Source: Candidatus Saccharimonadota bacterium
GTDB lineage: Bacteria; Patescibacteriota; Saccharimonadia; Saccharimonadales; JACDBH01
Reading direction: 5' to 3'
DNA: 64,000 bases
NCBI GenBank assembly: GCA_028289135.1
Contig: JAQGGW010000005.1
Span: 70,758 to 134,757 of the forward strand
Numbering within the stretch: the first letter of the stretch is position 1; each line of letters starts with the position of its first letter. This document shows, one piece after another, positions 30,688 through 40,290 of the stretch. Made by a program: the position numbers and the translations under genes. The notes under the pieces were generated by a model, which saw nothing but the letters and a program-made list of their open reading frames with translations, was not told the origin of the DNA and did no database searches.

Positions 30688-31605
30688 ATGTCCGACGACC
30701 AAACTGCTAAATATCTAGAAAATTGCCAAAAAGCCCGCAAAGCCATGCAGCGCGCCCGCGATCAGCACTTTGCCATTGGCGCCTTTAACATCGACAACAT
30801 GGAGACTTTAACAGCAATCGCCAAGGCAGCACAAAAGCATAACGCGCCTGTCATGATAGAAGTAAGCCAGGGTGAAGTTGATGCGCTTGGCCTTAAAAAT
30901 GTTCGCGATTTGGTAGATAACGCCAAGGATGAGTACGGTGTTGAGATGTACATTAACCTCGACCACAGCCCATCCGTTGAAGCTGCCAAAAAAGCTATTG
31001 ATGCCGGTTTTGAGTTTATCCACATCGACGTCTCCCAGGCCAACCACGATGCAACCGACCAGGACATTATTGACGCCACCAAAGAAGTCGTAGCCTACGC
31101 TGCCAAGACGACCGGAGCAATGATCGAAAGCGAACCGCATTATTTCGGCGGCGGTTCAAACGTCTTTACGACAGCCATTGATTACGATGAAATTAAGAAA
31201 ACTTTCTCAACTCCAGAGGGGGCGAAAGCTTTTGTGGAAGCAACCGGCATCGATACTTTTGCGGCCGCAATTGGCAACCTGCACGGCAAATACCCGCTTC
31301 CAAAAGAACTCGACATCCCGCTGCTGCAAACTATCCGCGACGCCATTAGCTGCAACATTTCACTCCATGGCGGCAGCGACACGCCAGGGCACTTTTTTGA
31401 AGACGCAGTAAAAGTTGGTGTCACCAAAATTAACGTAAACTCCGATATGCGCTTTGCTTTTAGGACAACTCTTGAGCAGCAGCTTAAAGACAATCCAACC
31501 GAGTTTGCCGTTGTAAAGCTTATGATGGCTGTGATTGATGCAGTCCAGGCAGTAGTTGAAGAAAAGTTGGCGTTTTACAACTCCATCGGCAAAGCAATAG
31601 TTTAA
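30688..31605 (+). CDS. fba: Class II fructose-bisphosphate aldolase
   Basis: AIGAFN, NLDH, IGNLHGKY, LHGGS, KINVNS. Confidence 0.93.
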   Translation: MSDDQTAKYLENCQKARKAMQRARDQHFAIGAFNIDNMETLTAIAKAAQKHNAPVMIEVSQGEVDALGLKNVRDLVDNAKDEYGVEMYINLDHSPSVEAAKKAIDAGFEFIHIDVSQANHDATDQDIIDATKEVVAYAAKTTGAMIESEPHYFGGGSNVFTTAIDYDEIKKTFSTPEGAKAFVEATGIDTFAAAIGNLHGKYPLPKELDIPLLQTIRDAISCNISLHGGSDTPGHFFEDAVKVGVTKINVNSDMRFAFRTTLEQQLKDNPTEFAVVKLMMAVIDAVQAVVEEKLAFYNSIGKAIV

Positions 31606-31632
31606 TTTCTAAGGATTCTTAGAGACGTGCGG

Positions 31633-31734
31633 GAGTTACGGCAAGTGGTTTGAAGAGGCTAAAGCGACTGCAGCCCTTGAAAGGCGAAGCCGTCAAGGCG
31701 CGAAAGGGCCTCTTCTGACTACTTGACGTAACTC
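31633..31734 (+). repeat. Long imperfect hairpin element between fba and the PfkB kinase
   Basis: gagttacg/cgtaactc, caagtggt/actacttg, gaagaggc/gcctcttc, inner ccttga/tcaagg and ggc-gaa-gcc. Confidence 0.75.
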
Positions 31735-31816
31735 AAAAATAGAAGACGTAAAAAGCTGGCTTTTTGAGGCGTACTCATGGCATACTAAGCGTAAGCAATT
31801 AAGTTAAGGGTGGGTA

Positions 31817-32815
31817 ATGAGTAATATTGACGTTTTTAGTATCGGTGACATCGTAACGGATGCTTTTATAAGGCTGCTCGACGACCAAGCTCATACCTAT
31901 GTGTCAGATGACAAAACGTATTTATCCATGCCGTTTGGAACTAAAGTGCCTTTTGACCACGCCGAAGTTAAAGAAGCTGTTGGCAATGCCGCAAACGCCA
32001 GTGTAAGCTTTGCGCGCCTAGGCCTAAATAGCGGGCTGATCGCCAACGTCGGCCACGACCAGCACGGCCGCGACATGATTACCGCGCTGCACACTAACAA
32101 GGTTGACCCGCGCTACGTCCACATTAACCCCGGTAAAGTCAGCAATTACCACTATGTTTTGTGGTACAAAGAAGAGCGCACGATTTTGATCAAGCACGAA
32201 GAATATGACTACCACTGGCCCGTTATCCACAAAACCGACATGCCAAAATGGGTGTACTTTAGCTCGATCAGCAAAAACAGCCTGCCTTTCCATGATGATG
32301 TAGCCGAATGGCTTCACGACAATCCAGACGTAAAATTTGCTTTCCAGCCAGGCACTTTCCAGATGCAAGATGGCGCAGTCCGACTTAAAAAACTATACCA
32401 GCGCTGTAATGTGTTGATCCTAAACCGCGAAGAAGCCGTGACGGTTGGCGGTGGTGACCACAAAAATGTTCATGATTTATTTGATAAACTACACGCGCTT
32501 GGGCCAAAAACAATTTTGATTAGTGACGGGCCAAGTGGTGCTTACGCCAGCGGTTCTGAAGGCCGGTTCTTTATGCCGATCTATCCAGATCCTGCGCCGC
32601 CTGTCGAACGGACAGGTGCAGGTGACGCATTTGCCTCAACCTTTGTTGCCGCGCTGATGAAAGGCGAAGATCTACAGGAAGCGCTGCGTTGGGGGCCAAT
32701 TAACTCTATGAACGTGGTCCAGCATGTTGGCGCACAAGATGGCCTGCTCACTGAAGCCCAACTCAAGACGCTGCTTAAGAACGCTCCCGAGTGGTATCAC
32801 GCCTCACCGTTTTAG
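31817..32815 (+). CDS. PfkB/ribokinase-family carbohydrate kinase
   Basis: GNAANAS..FARLG, NREEA, SDGPSGA, RTGAGDAF. Confidence 0.92.
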   Translation: MSNIDVFSIGDIVTDAFIRLLDDQAHTYVSDDKTYLSMPFGTKVPFDHAEVKEAVGNAANASVSFARLGLNSGLIANVGHDQHGRDMITALHTNKVDPRYVHINPGKVSNYHYVLWYKEERTILIKHEEYDYHWPVIHKTDMPKWVYFSSISKNSLPFHDDVAEWLHDNPDVKFAFQPGTFQMQDGAVRLKKLYQRCNVLILNREEAVTVGGGDHKNVHDLFDKLHALGPKTILISDGPSGAYASGSEGRFFMPIYPDPAPPVERTGAGDAFASTFVAALMKGEDLQEALRWGPINSMNVVQHVGAQDGLLTEAQLKTLLKNAPEWYHASPF

Positions 32816-32919
32816 CTAAATTTTCTAAAACTGGGCCATCTGTCACATACACCTCTTGTCAATAGGCTTATGTTTATCCCTATTTTTAAGCCCTTGGAAA
32901 TGCTATTATAAGCATAAGC

Positions 32920-34158
32920 ATGTCAAATTATTTAGCAGATTTACTGGGCGCTACTGAACCTTTGTTTTCGATGGCTGTTAAACAGCTTGAAACTGCCAGC
33001 GGGTTGCCTGGAGCTGACGTCCGCCTGATTGCAGAAATTGTCGGCAAAATCCATCTAAAGTCTAAAGAGCTTGGGCTTGACCCCAACGACACAACCGGCG
33101 AGGAGCTGTACCATGCGCTAATAAGCAAAGTCCGTCTTCACGATGAGCATTTGGCCAAGCAAATTGGCGGTAAAGACCCGTCCGACGTCCAGGCCATGCT
33201 GCCGCTCATAAAAAAAGCGGTTGATGCATATGAAATGCCGCGAAGTGCCTGGGTCTTAAAGCGCAGCGTTGCCAAGCGGATGCTGCATGATATGCCGCCG
33301 CCAAGCATTATGAAACACCTAGGCTATAGCTCAATCGACTCAATGCTTAAGCGCGAAAATTTGTTTGAAGTTTATGGAGCGCTGCGGTTTGCAGAAACTC
33401 CAGCCTGGCTTGTAAAGTTTGATAAAACCTATAAATCTTTGACGCCGTCCGACTTTGAGACCCGCGATATTGAGATTTTGCAGATGGACAAAAAACGCTG
33501 GGGCGACATTGCCGAGGATTTTGTGCGTAAAAAGCGTCACAACATTACCCATCTTAAGGAGCTTGGCGTTATTTTGATGCTGCCGACAAACCTCGAAAAA
33601 CTGCCTGGTATTACCCTGACCGCTATGCCGTTGCTGTTTCATTACGTTAATGAAATCCGGCTTTATAGTTCGTTTTTTAAGCTCCAGCAGGTCAAGCCGC
33701 ATTTTGGCAAAATTATTGCCGAGACTTTGGTGGCCGACATTGGCTCTGCGGCTGTCATGGCTGGCAGCCATGTGCACTGGCGGGTGATCCAGCGCTATTA
33801 CGGCAAGCTAAAACACGAATATCATCCAGAAATTTTTGAGCCGCATGTCCAGCCAGAGGATTTGCATTGGCGCAAGGCCGAAGAGTATTTGTACGACATT
33901 GACCCAGAGCTTGGCTTTTGGCGTGATCTGGATTATGTGGCTCTGCTAGCTGGCAAAAATCCGATTAGTTTTAATTTACTCGACTGCAGCATGTCTTATT
34001 CAACCGGGGCAAACTATGACCAAAGGCTGTTTTTCCACATGCGCGAAAGCCTTTGGAACGAACTTTTTATCCGCTATATGGGGCAGGCAAATTTGGCTTC
34101 CCAGGTGTTAAAGCAGCTTGATAACAACATGATTGCACCAGAGAGGTTGACTGTATGA
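32920..34158 (+). CDS. Conserved-looking hypothetical protein (412 aa)
   Basis: Long ORF with normal codon usage and a -10 box upstream; overlaps the next gene by 4 nt; no family recognised. Confidence 0.85.
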   Translation: MSNYLADLLGATEPLFSMAVKQLETASGLPGADVRLIAEIVGKIHLKSKELGLDPNDTTGEELYHALISKVRLHDEHLAKQIGGKDPSDVQAMLPLIKKAVDAYEMPRSAWVLKRSVAKRMLHDMPPPSIMKHLGYSSIDSMLKRENLFEVYGALRFAETPAWLVKFDKTYKSLTPSDFETRDIEILQMDKKRWGDIAEDFVRKKRHNITHLKELGVILMLPTNLEKLPGITLTAMPLLFHYVNEIRLYSSFFKLQQVKPHFGKIIAETLVADIGSAAVMAGSHVHWRVIQRYYGKLKHEYHPEIFEPHVQPEDLHWRKAEEYLYDIDPELGFWRDLDYVALLAGKNPISFNLLDCSMSYSTGANYDQRLFFHMRESLWNELFIRYMGQANLASQVLKQLDNNMIAPERLTV

Positions 34159-34799
34159 TAGATGATGTTGTAAGTAAAAAGGGCGATAAATTTGTGCTGC
34201 GTTATTCCATCTGTGTTTCGGGCGCAGCCGGTGGTCCGACCATTGCTGAGTCCCACGCTCTGGCAGAAGAACTTGGCAAGACCATTGCCGAAGAAGGCCA
34301 TATTTTAACAACTGGAGCTACCGTTGGCTTGCCATATTACGCCGCTCGCGGGGCAAAACTGGCTGGCGGCATGAGCATAGGCTTTTCACCAGCATCATCG
34401 TTCCGTGAGCATATTCACAAGTACCGCTTGCCGCATTTTTATTTTGATTTTATTAACTTCACCGGGCTTAATTATGTCGGCCGGGATCAGTATTTAGTCC
34501 AGTCCAGCGATGCAATTGTAACTGTTGGTGGACGAATCGGTAGTTTGCACGAGTTTGTAACGGCGTTAGAGTCCGGTAAGCCATGTGGCGTGCTGCTTGG
34601 TAGCGGTGGTGCGGCCGATATGATACCTCAACTCTTGGAATTAGAGCCACAATTTAAGCACCTCGTTGTATACGATGAAGACCCATCGGCGCTTGTCAAA
34701 AAAATTGTTGATATCCTCGACAAAGAGTCGAAAGATATTAAGGTCTCCCTGAATCACGAAGAACACTGGTTCTTAGATTCAGTGGACCACGCGGGTTAA
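34155..34799 (+). CDS. LOG/SLOG family (TIGR00725-like) nucleotide-binding protein
   Basis: TGATVG...GAK..GG..IG.SP, GR...V.SSDA...GG.IGSLHE. Confidence 0.85.
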   Translation: MIDDVVSKKGDKFVLRYSICVSGAAGGPTIAESHALAEELGKTIAEEGHILTTGATVGLPYYAARGAKLAGGMSIGFSPASSFREHIHKYRLPHFYFDFINFTGLNYVGRDQYLVQSSDAIVTVGGRIGSLHEFVTALESGKPCGVLLGSGGAADMIPQLLELEPQFKHLVVYDEDPSALVKKIVDILDKESKDIKVSLNHEEHWFLDSVDHAG

Positions 34800-34803
34800 T
34801 CAC

Positions 34804-35052
34804 ATGAAATTAGCAAAGCAGCGCCAATGGCTTTTAATCGTAATTATCGTACTCGTCTTGTTGACTGCGGGTGCAATTGGATGGCTTTTTCGCTACCAAT
34901 CAAAACCTGGCGGTCCGGTTAATAACTTCCAGGAATGCGTTAATGCTGGCGGTGTGATGACTATGACTTACCCAGAGCAATGTTACATATACGAGAAGGT
35001 CTACCATAATCCAAACCAGCATCTAAATGCCGATGGAACTGGCACAAACTGA
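34804..35052 (+). CDS. Small membrane protein with NFxECxxAG...YPxQC motif
   Basis: TM plus 'NNFQECVNAGGVMTMTYPEQC'. Confidence 0.75.
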   Translation: MKLAKQRQWLLIVIIVLVLLTAGAIGWLFRYQSKPGGPVNNFQECVNAGGVMTMTYPEQCYIYEKVYHNPNQHLNADGTGTN

Positions 35053-35070
35053 TCCTGTTATAATAACTAG

Positions 35071-37041
35071 ATGGCTAAGTTTGAGATTAAGAGCAACTAC
35101 AAACCAAGTGGTGACCAACCGGCTGCAATCGCGGCTTTAACTGAGGGTCTTAAAAAAGGTGTCAAAGAACAGACGCTGCTTGGTGTAACGGGCTCGGGTA
35201 AAACTTTTACCATGGCCAATATTATCCAGAATACCCAGAAAACAACTCTAGTGTTGAGCCATAACAAAACTCTGGCGGCACAGCTTTATAATGAATTTAA
35301 AGCTTTTTTCCCCGACAACGCTGTGCATTATTTTGTCAGCTACTTTGACTACTACCAGCCGGAAGCTTACATTCCGCGCTCCGATACCTATATAGAAAAA
35401 GACTCCCAGATAAACGAGGAGATAGACCGTCTCCGTCATGCCGCGACAGACTCTTTGCTGCAACGTAAGGACGTTATTATTGTGGCCAGCGTCAGCTGTA
35501 TATACGGCATTGGTTCAGTCGAGGATTACGCAGGGCTTAGCATTACCGTGGCCAAAGGCGTCCGCACTCAGCGCGACAAATTTATCCGGCACCTGACTGA
35601 CATCCAGTACCAGCGCAACGACATCGACTTTCACCGTTCGACCTTCCGTGTTCGCGGGGATGTGGTGGACGTCTACCCAGCAAGCGAAGAATTTGCCTAC
35701 CGAATTGAGTTTTTTGGTGACAATATTGACAGGATTACCAAGATCGACCCGCTCACGGGCGAAATTTTAAAAGAGCTAGAAAGCCTGCAGATTTTCCCTG
35801 GTTCGCACTATGTTACGCCGTACGACAAACTAAAAGGTGCCTTGGTCCAGATTAAAAAAGAACTGGACGAACGCAGCAGCGATTTCCAAAAACAGGGTAA
35901 ATTGTTGGAAGACCAGCGCCTCAAACAGCGCACCAATTTTGACCTCGAGATGCTGGAAGAGACAGGTTTTGTAAAAGGCATCGAAAACTATTCGCGCTAC
36001 TTGACCAACCGCGAACCGGGAGAACAGCCAGCGACGCTTTTAGACTACTTTCCAGATGACTTCTTGATGTTTGTGGACGAATCTCACATGACGATGCCGC
36101 AAGTGCGCGGGATGTACAACGGCGACCGGGCACGCAAAGAAGTTTTGGTGGAACACGGCTTTAGGCTGCCAAGCGCGCTAGACAACCGGCCGCTGACATT
36201 TTTGGAGTTTGAAAAGCACATAAATAAAGTGGTTTATGTTAGTGCGACCCCAGCTGATTATGAACTTTCCCGCAGCCCGAAAGCTGTTGAGCAGGTTATC
36301 CGCCCAACTGGGCTATTGGACCCGCCGATCGAAATCCGCCCAGTTGAAGGCCAGGTGGACGACCTGATTCACGAAATCCGTGCAACGGTTGCCAAGCGTC
36401 AACGCGTGCTTGTTACTACACTAACCAAGCGAATGAGCGAAGATTTAACAGAGTATCTAAAAGAACTAAACATTAAAGTGACATACCTCCACAGCGACGT
36501 CGACACCCTTGACCGGACAGATATCTTGCGTGACCTTCGCCTTGGAATTTATGACGTTGTGGTGGGGATTAACTTGCTGCGCGAAGGGCTCGACCTACCA
36601 GAAGTTAGCTTGGTCGCCATCTTGGATGCCGACAAAGAAGGCTTTTTGCGCAGTGAACAAGCATTGATCCAAACAGTTGGCCGTGCGGCCAGGCATGTTG
36701 AAGGCCACGTAATTATGTATGCCGACCACGTTACCGGCAGCATGCAGCGCACCATCGACAAAACAACCGCCCGCCGCATTGTCCAGCAAAAATATAACGA
36801 CGAACACGGTATTACTCCTGAAGGAATCCAAAAATCGATTGAAGCCGGCATGCGCCCAGAACTGTCAGAAGAAGCAAAATCGGCTGCCAATAAGCTAAAC
36901 CTCAAGAAAATTCCAAAAGACGAATATAAAAACCTCATCAAAGACCTGACTGCGCAAATGGACCTGGCCAGCCAAAACCTAGAATTCGAAAAAGCCGCCG
37001 AACTGCGCGACATAATTACCGATGTAAAAAGTAAGTTATAG
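35071..37041 (+). CDS. uvrB: Excinuclease ABC subunit B
   Basis: [26 protein letters not shown]-terminal UVR domain. Confidence 0.98.
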   Translation: MAKFEIKSNYKPSGDQPAAIAALTEGLKKGVKEQTLLGVTGSGKTFTMANIIQNTQKTTLVLSHNKTLAAQLYNEFKAFFPDNAVHYFVSYFDYYQPEAYIPRSDTYIEKDSQINEEIDRLRHAATDSLLQRKDVIIVASVSCIYGIGSVEDYAGLSITVAKGVRTQRDKFIRHLTDIQYQRNDIDFHRSTFRVRGDVVDVYPASEEFAYRIEFFGDNIDRITKIDPLTGEILKELESLQIFPGSHYVTPYDKLKGALVQIKKELDERSSDFQKQGKLLEDQRLKQRTNFDLEMLEETGFVKGIENYSRYLTNREPGEQPATLLDYFPDDFLMFVDESHMTMPQVRGMYNGDRARKEVLVEHGFRLPSALDNRPLTFLEFEKHINKVVYVSATPADYELSRSPKAVEQVIRPTGLLDPPIEIRPVEGQVDDLIHEIRATVAKRQRVLVTTLTKRMSEDLTEYLKELNIKVTYLHSDVDTLDRTDILRDLRLGIYDVVVGINLLREGLDLPEVSLVAILDADKEGFLRSEQALIQTVGRAARHVEGHVIMYADHVTGSMQRTIDKTTARRIVQQKYNDEHGITPEGIQKSIEAGMRPELSEEAKSAANKLNLKKIPKDEYKNLIKDLTAQMDLASQNLEFEKAAELRDIITDVKSKL

Positions 37042-37048
37042 CTGTTTG

Positions 37049-37194
37049 CTCCCGATAGTCTCACTCCTTGGAAGTCTCGGCACATTAATTTAGCCGCTGG
37101 AGACAGTTTTACGCTATTAAATCAACGTGCCGAAACTTCCCGCAACATTAACCATGTAGCTGAAAGCTTTGTGAAGCCCCGGATGGGGCTTCAC
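37049..37194. repeat. Structured repeat family 2, copy 1
   Basis: Near-identical to 47886-48032; 71-nt hairpin 37070-37140 and terminal hairpin gtgaagcccc-ggat-ggggcttcac. Confidence 0.92.
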
Positions 37195-37222
37195 TTTTAA
37201 ACTAGTGTAAAATATTAAGTAA

Positions 37223-38104
37223 ATGCTCGGCTTTATTCTTGCCACAGTTAGTTCATTTTTCTATAGCTTTTATGTCGTTCCTCGAAAGCTGTCGAAATTA
37301 AAGCCACTCGATTTCAGCTTTCTTATGGCTATGGCCTTTTTTGTCTGTTCAACCGTATTATATTTAGTACAACATCTATTTAATTTTCAGGAAAAATTAT
37401 CACCTATATTACTTTTATCTGTCTTGGCCGGCGCGATCTGGGCTTTTGCGTTCGTAACTTTTGTAAAAGCCATAGATTCTATCGGTTTGTCACGCTCTAA
37501 TCAATGGAAAAATCTGCAGGGACCTATTGCCGCAGTTCTTAGCCTTATCATATTGTCCGAATGGAAGACGACAAGGCCAGTTTTTGTTATTCTAGCCGGC
37601 TTGGCCGTTTTTATATCTGCTCTCTGTTTTACGATTTCAAGTTCAAAAGAAGAGGCCAAAGCCCACCGCGCAGGAGCATATTTGGCGGTTCTAGCCGGCG
37701 TTGGTTTTGGAATCGTAGCAGTCATGCAGAAATACGTTACAACTCATACGGGCGTATACACCCAACAGATGGTTTGGAGTTTTTCGATATTTATTTGCCT
37801 AGGTACTTATATTTTGGCCAGAGGTAAAAAGCTACCACGACTGCAGCTATATAACACTGACACTAAATTGGCCTTAGGTGCTGGTGTGCTTTATTTGGGT
37901 GCGAGTTTTTTTCAGCTTCAATCATATAAACATCTACCAGCATCAATTGCATTTACAGTTATCCAGCTAAATACGGTTTGGACAATAGCTATAGGCGTAT
38001 ATTATTTCAAAGAGATTTCGGCTAAAAAGTATTACAGGCGTCTTATTTTAGGAATGATCTTTGCCCTATCAGGCATTGGCGCCTTGGCACTAGCAAAAAA
38101 GTAG
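37223..38104 (+). CDS. GRP/EamA (DMT) family transporter, GlcU-like sugar uptake
   Basis: 10 TMs, YVVPRK, IGLSRS, ILSEW, YFKEI; AT-rich. Confidence 0.8.
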   Translation: MLGFILATVSSFFYSFYVVPRKLSKLKPLDFSFLMAMAFFVCSTVLYLVQHLFNFQEKLSPILLLSVLAGAIWAFAFVTFVKAIDSIGLSRSNQWKNLQGPIAAVLSLIILSEWKTTRPVFVILAGLAVFISALCFTISSSKEEAKAHRAGAYLAVLAGVGFGIVAVMQKYVTTHTGVYTQQMVWSFSIFICLGTYILARGKKLPRLQLYNTDTKLALGAGVLYLGASFFQLQSYKHLPASIAFTVIQLNTVWTIAIGVYYFKEISAKKYYRRLILGMIFALSGIGALALAKK

Positions 38105-38171
38105 CTACAATATAAATGAATTAATTTTGGTCTATTATCTCTGTTAAAGTGGTGCTATAGTAGGGAGACAA

Positions 38172-38462
38172 ATGGCAAATCTTACCCGCGAGGATATCTT
38201 AAAACTGGCCAAGCTTTCGCGGCTGAAGCTGAGTGATGCCGAGGTCGAGGAATTTACAGCCGAGATAAGCGAGATTTTACAGTACGTCCAGATGCTGGAT
38301 GATGTTGATACAACTGGGCTCAAGCCAACATATCAGGTCACGGGTCTTACGAACGTCTCCCGTCCGGACGAAATAAGTGACTACGGAATAAGCCAAGAAG
38401 ATCTGCTCAAAAACCTGCCCGCCCGCGACAAAAACTATATTAAAGTCAGGAAGATGCTCTAA
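38172..38462 (+). CDS. gatC: Asp/Glu-tRNA amidotransferase subunit C
   Basis: LAKLSRL, DTTGLKPT, RPD; precedes gatA. Confidence 0.95.
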   Translation: MANLTREDILKLAKLSRLKLSDAEVEEFTAEISEILQYVQMLDDVDTTGLKPTYQVTGLTNVSRPDEISDYGISQEDLLKNLPARDKNYIKVRKML

Positions 38463-39886
38463 TGGATACATGGGCACCTATTGCAGACATTGCAGCCGCT
38501 GTTAATGATGGTAAAACAACGGCATCAGAAAACGTTGAAAAAGCTCTCCAAAACATTGAAGACAAAGCAGAATTTAAGGCCATTATTTCATTGACCGCCG
38601 ACCGGGCCCGCAAGCGTGCAAAGCAAATTGACGAGCATGTTAAGTCAGGCAAACCAGCTGGCCGTTTAGCCGGAGTGCCATTTATTGCGAAAGACAACTT
38701 CTTAACATTTGGCGGCGAGACAACAGCTGCCAGCAATATCTTAAAAGGTTTTAATGCGCCATATCAGTCAACGGCTGTTGAAAATCTTGAGGCCGAAGGC
38801 GCTATCTGCGTTGCAAAGGCAAACTTGGACGCTTTCGCCCATGGTTCATCGACCGAAAACAGCGACTTTTTTACGACCCTAAACCCGCATGACAAAACCC
38901 GTGTACCGGGTGGTAGCTCTGGCGGCTCGGCAGCCGCTGTTGTGCTTGGAATGGCTCCGTTTGCGCTTGGCAGCGACACTGGCGGTTCAATCCGCTTACC
39001 GGCTAGCTTTACAGGGTGCGTAGGCTACAAGCCAACCTATGGCTTGGTTTCTCGCAGCGGCGTAGTGGCAATGGCGAGCAGCTTGGACTGTATCGGGCCA
39101 TTTGCACGTACTGTTTCCGACGCGGCGATAGTATTGGATGTTATGAGCGGCAAAGATCCACTCGACAGTACCACCATAGAGCGGAGTAAGAATTCTTACA
39201 CAGATCTTGAGTTGGACGTTGAAGGGAAAACCATTGGCATCATTAAAGAATACATGGGCGAAGGGCTTGAACCCGAGGTTCGCAAGCTTATTGATGCTGG
39301 TGTTGAAAAGCTAAAAAATGCTGGCGCAGTTATTAAAGAAGTCAGCCTGCCGTCTTTGCCATTAGCCCTGGCAGTTTACTACATCATTTGCCCTGCCGAA
39401 GTCAGCAGTAACTTAAGCCGTTACGACGGACAGCGTTTTGGCTACAGTGACCTGGATGCAAAGACCCTTGAAGAAAGCTACGAAATGAGCCGAGAAAAAG
39501 GCTTTGGCCGCGAGGCTAAGCGCCGGATTATGATTGGCACCTACGTCTTAAGTTCGGGCTACTACGACGCGTATTATAAAAAGGCCCAGACGGTGCGCAC
39601 AAAACTTATTAATGAATTTAGTGCAGCATTTAAAGAAGTGGACTTCTTGCTTGGGCCAACCGCACCATCTACCGCATTCAAGATTGGTGAAAATGTTGAT
39701 GATCCGCTAAAGATGTATTTGATAGACATTATGACTGTGGCAGCTAACCTTGTGGGCGTTCCAAGCATCAGCGTGCCATGTGGCATGGTCGAGGGCTTGC
39801 CAGTTGGCCTTCAGCTAATGGCCGCACAGACATGCGACCGTGAGCTCCTGAGCCTCGCCAAAGCATTTGAGGAGCTAAACGTATGA
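38462..39886 (+). CDS. gatA: Asp/Glu-tRNA amidotransferase subunit A
   Basis: KDN, GGSSGGS, GSDTGGSIR, SSNLSRYDG, RRIMIG. Confidence 0.97.
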   Translation: MDTWAPIADIAAAVNDGKTTASENVEKALQNIEDKAEFKAIISLTADRARKRAKQIDEHVKSGKPAGRLAGVPFIAKDNFLTFGGETTAASNILKGFNAPYQSTAVENLEAEGAICVAKANLDAFAHGSSTENSDFFTTLNPHDKTRVPGGSSGGSAAAVVLGMAPFALGSDTGGSIRLPASFTGCVGYKPTYGLVSRSGVVAMASSLDCIGPFARTVSDAAIVLDVMSGKDPLDSTTIERSKNSYTDLELDVEGKTIGIIKEYMGEGLEPEVRKLIDAGVEKLKNAGAVIKEVSLPSLPLALAVYYIICPAEVSSNLSRYDGQRFGYSDLDAKTLEESYEMSREKGFGREAKRRIMIGTYVLSSGYYDAYYKKAQTVRTKLINEFSAAFKEVDFLLGPTAPSTAFKIGENVDDPLKMYLIDIMTVAANLVGVPSISVPCGMVEGLPVGLQLMAAQTCDRELLSLAKAFEELNV

Positions 39887-40290
39887 GCGCCGAGGTTTTG
39901 ATCGCGGTAATTGGCGCGGCCGTCGCGCTGGCTGGCCTGGTTACATTCTTTTTAAAACGACCCAAGAAAGATCTGGACCGCCAGCATTTCCGCAAACAAT
40001 GGAAAGAGCTGCAAAAACAGTGTGCCAAGGCCGAAACCTGGGCGCTGGCCGTTATCCAGGCTGATTCACTGCTGGACGAAGCTCTCAAGAAAAAGCGCTT
40101 TAAAGGCAAGACTATGGGCGAGCGATTGGTTTCGGCACAGCGTTCTTTGACCAACAACGACGGTGTCTGGTTTGGCCATAAACTTCGCAACCAGCTGGTG
40201 CATCAGACAGACGTAGCGCTGCGCGAAAAAGACATCCGCCACGCGCTAATTGGCATTGGCCAGGCGCTGAAAGATTTGGGAGCATTATGA
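39883..40290 (+). CDS. Membrane-anchored hypothetical protein with RNxxxH (HEPN-like) motif
   Basis: N-terminal TM, AVIQADSLLD, TMGERL, HKLRNQLVH; 4-nt overlaps with gatA and gatB. Confidence 0.8.
   Translation: MSAEVLIAVIGAAVALAGLVTFFLKRPKKDLDRQHFRKQWKELQKQCAKAETWALAVIQADSLLDEALKKKRFKGKTMGERLVSAQRSLTNNDGVWFGHKLRNQLVHQTDVALREKDIRHALIGIGQALKDLGAL

Noticed and set aside
37171-37198. Simple rho-independent terminator for uvrB
   Set aside because: The hairpin plus TTTT may terminate, but it is part of a larger duplicated element and the second copy lacks the U tract
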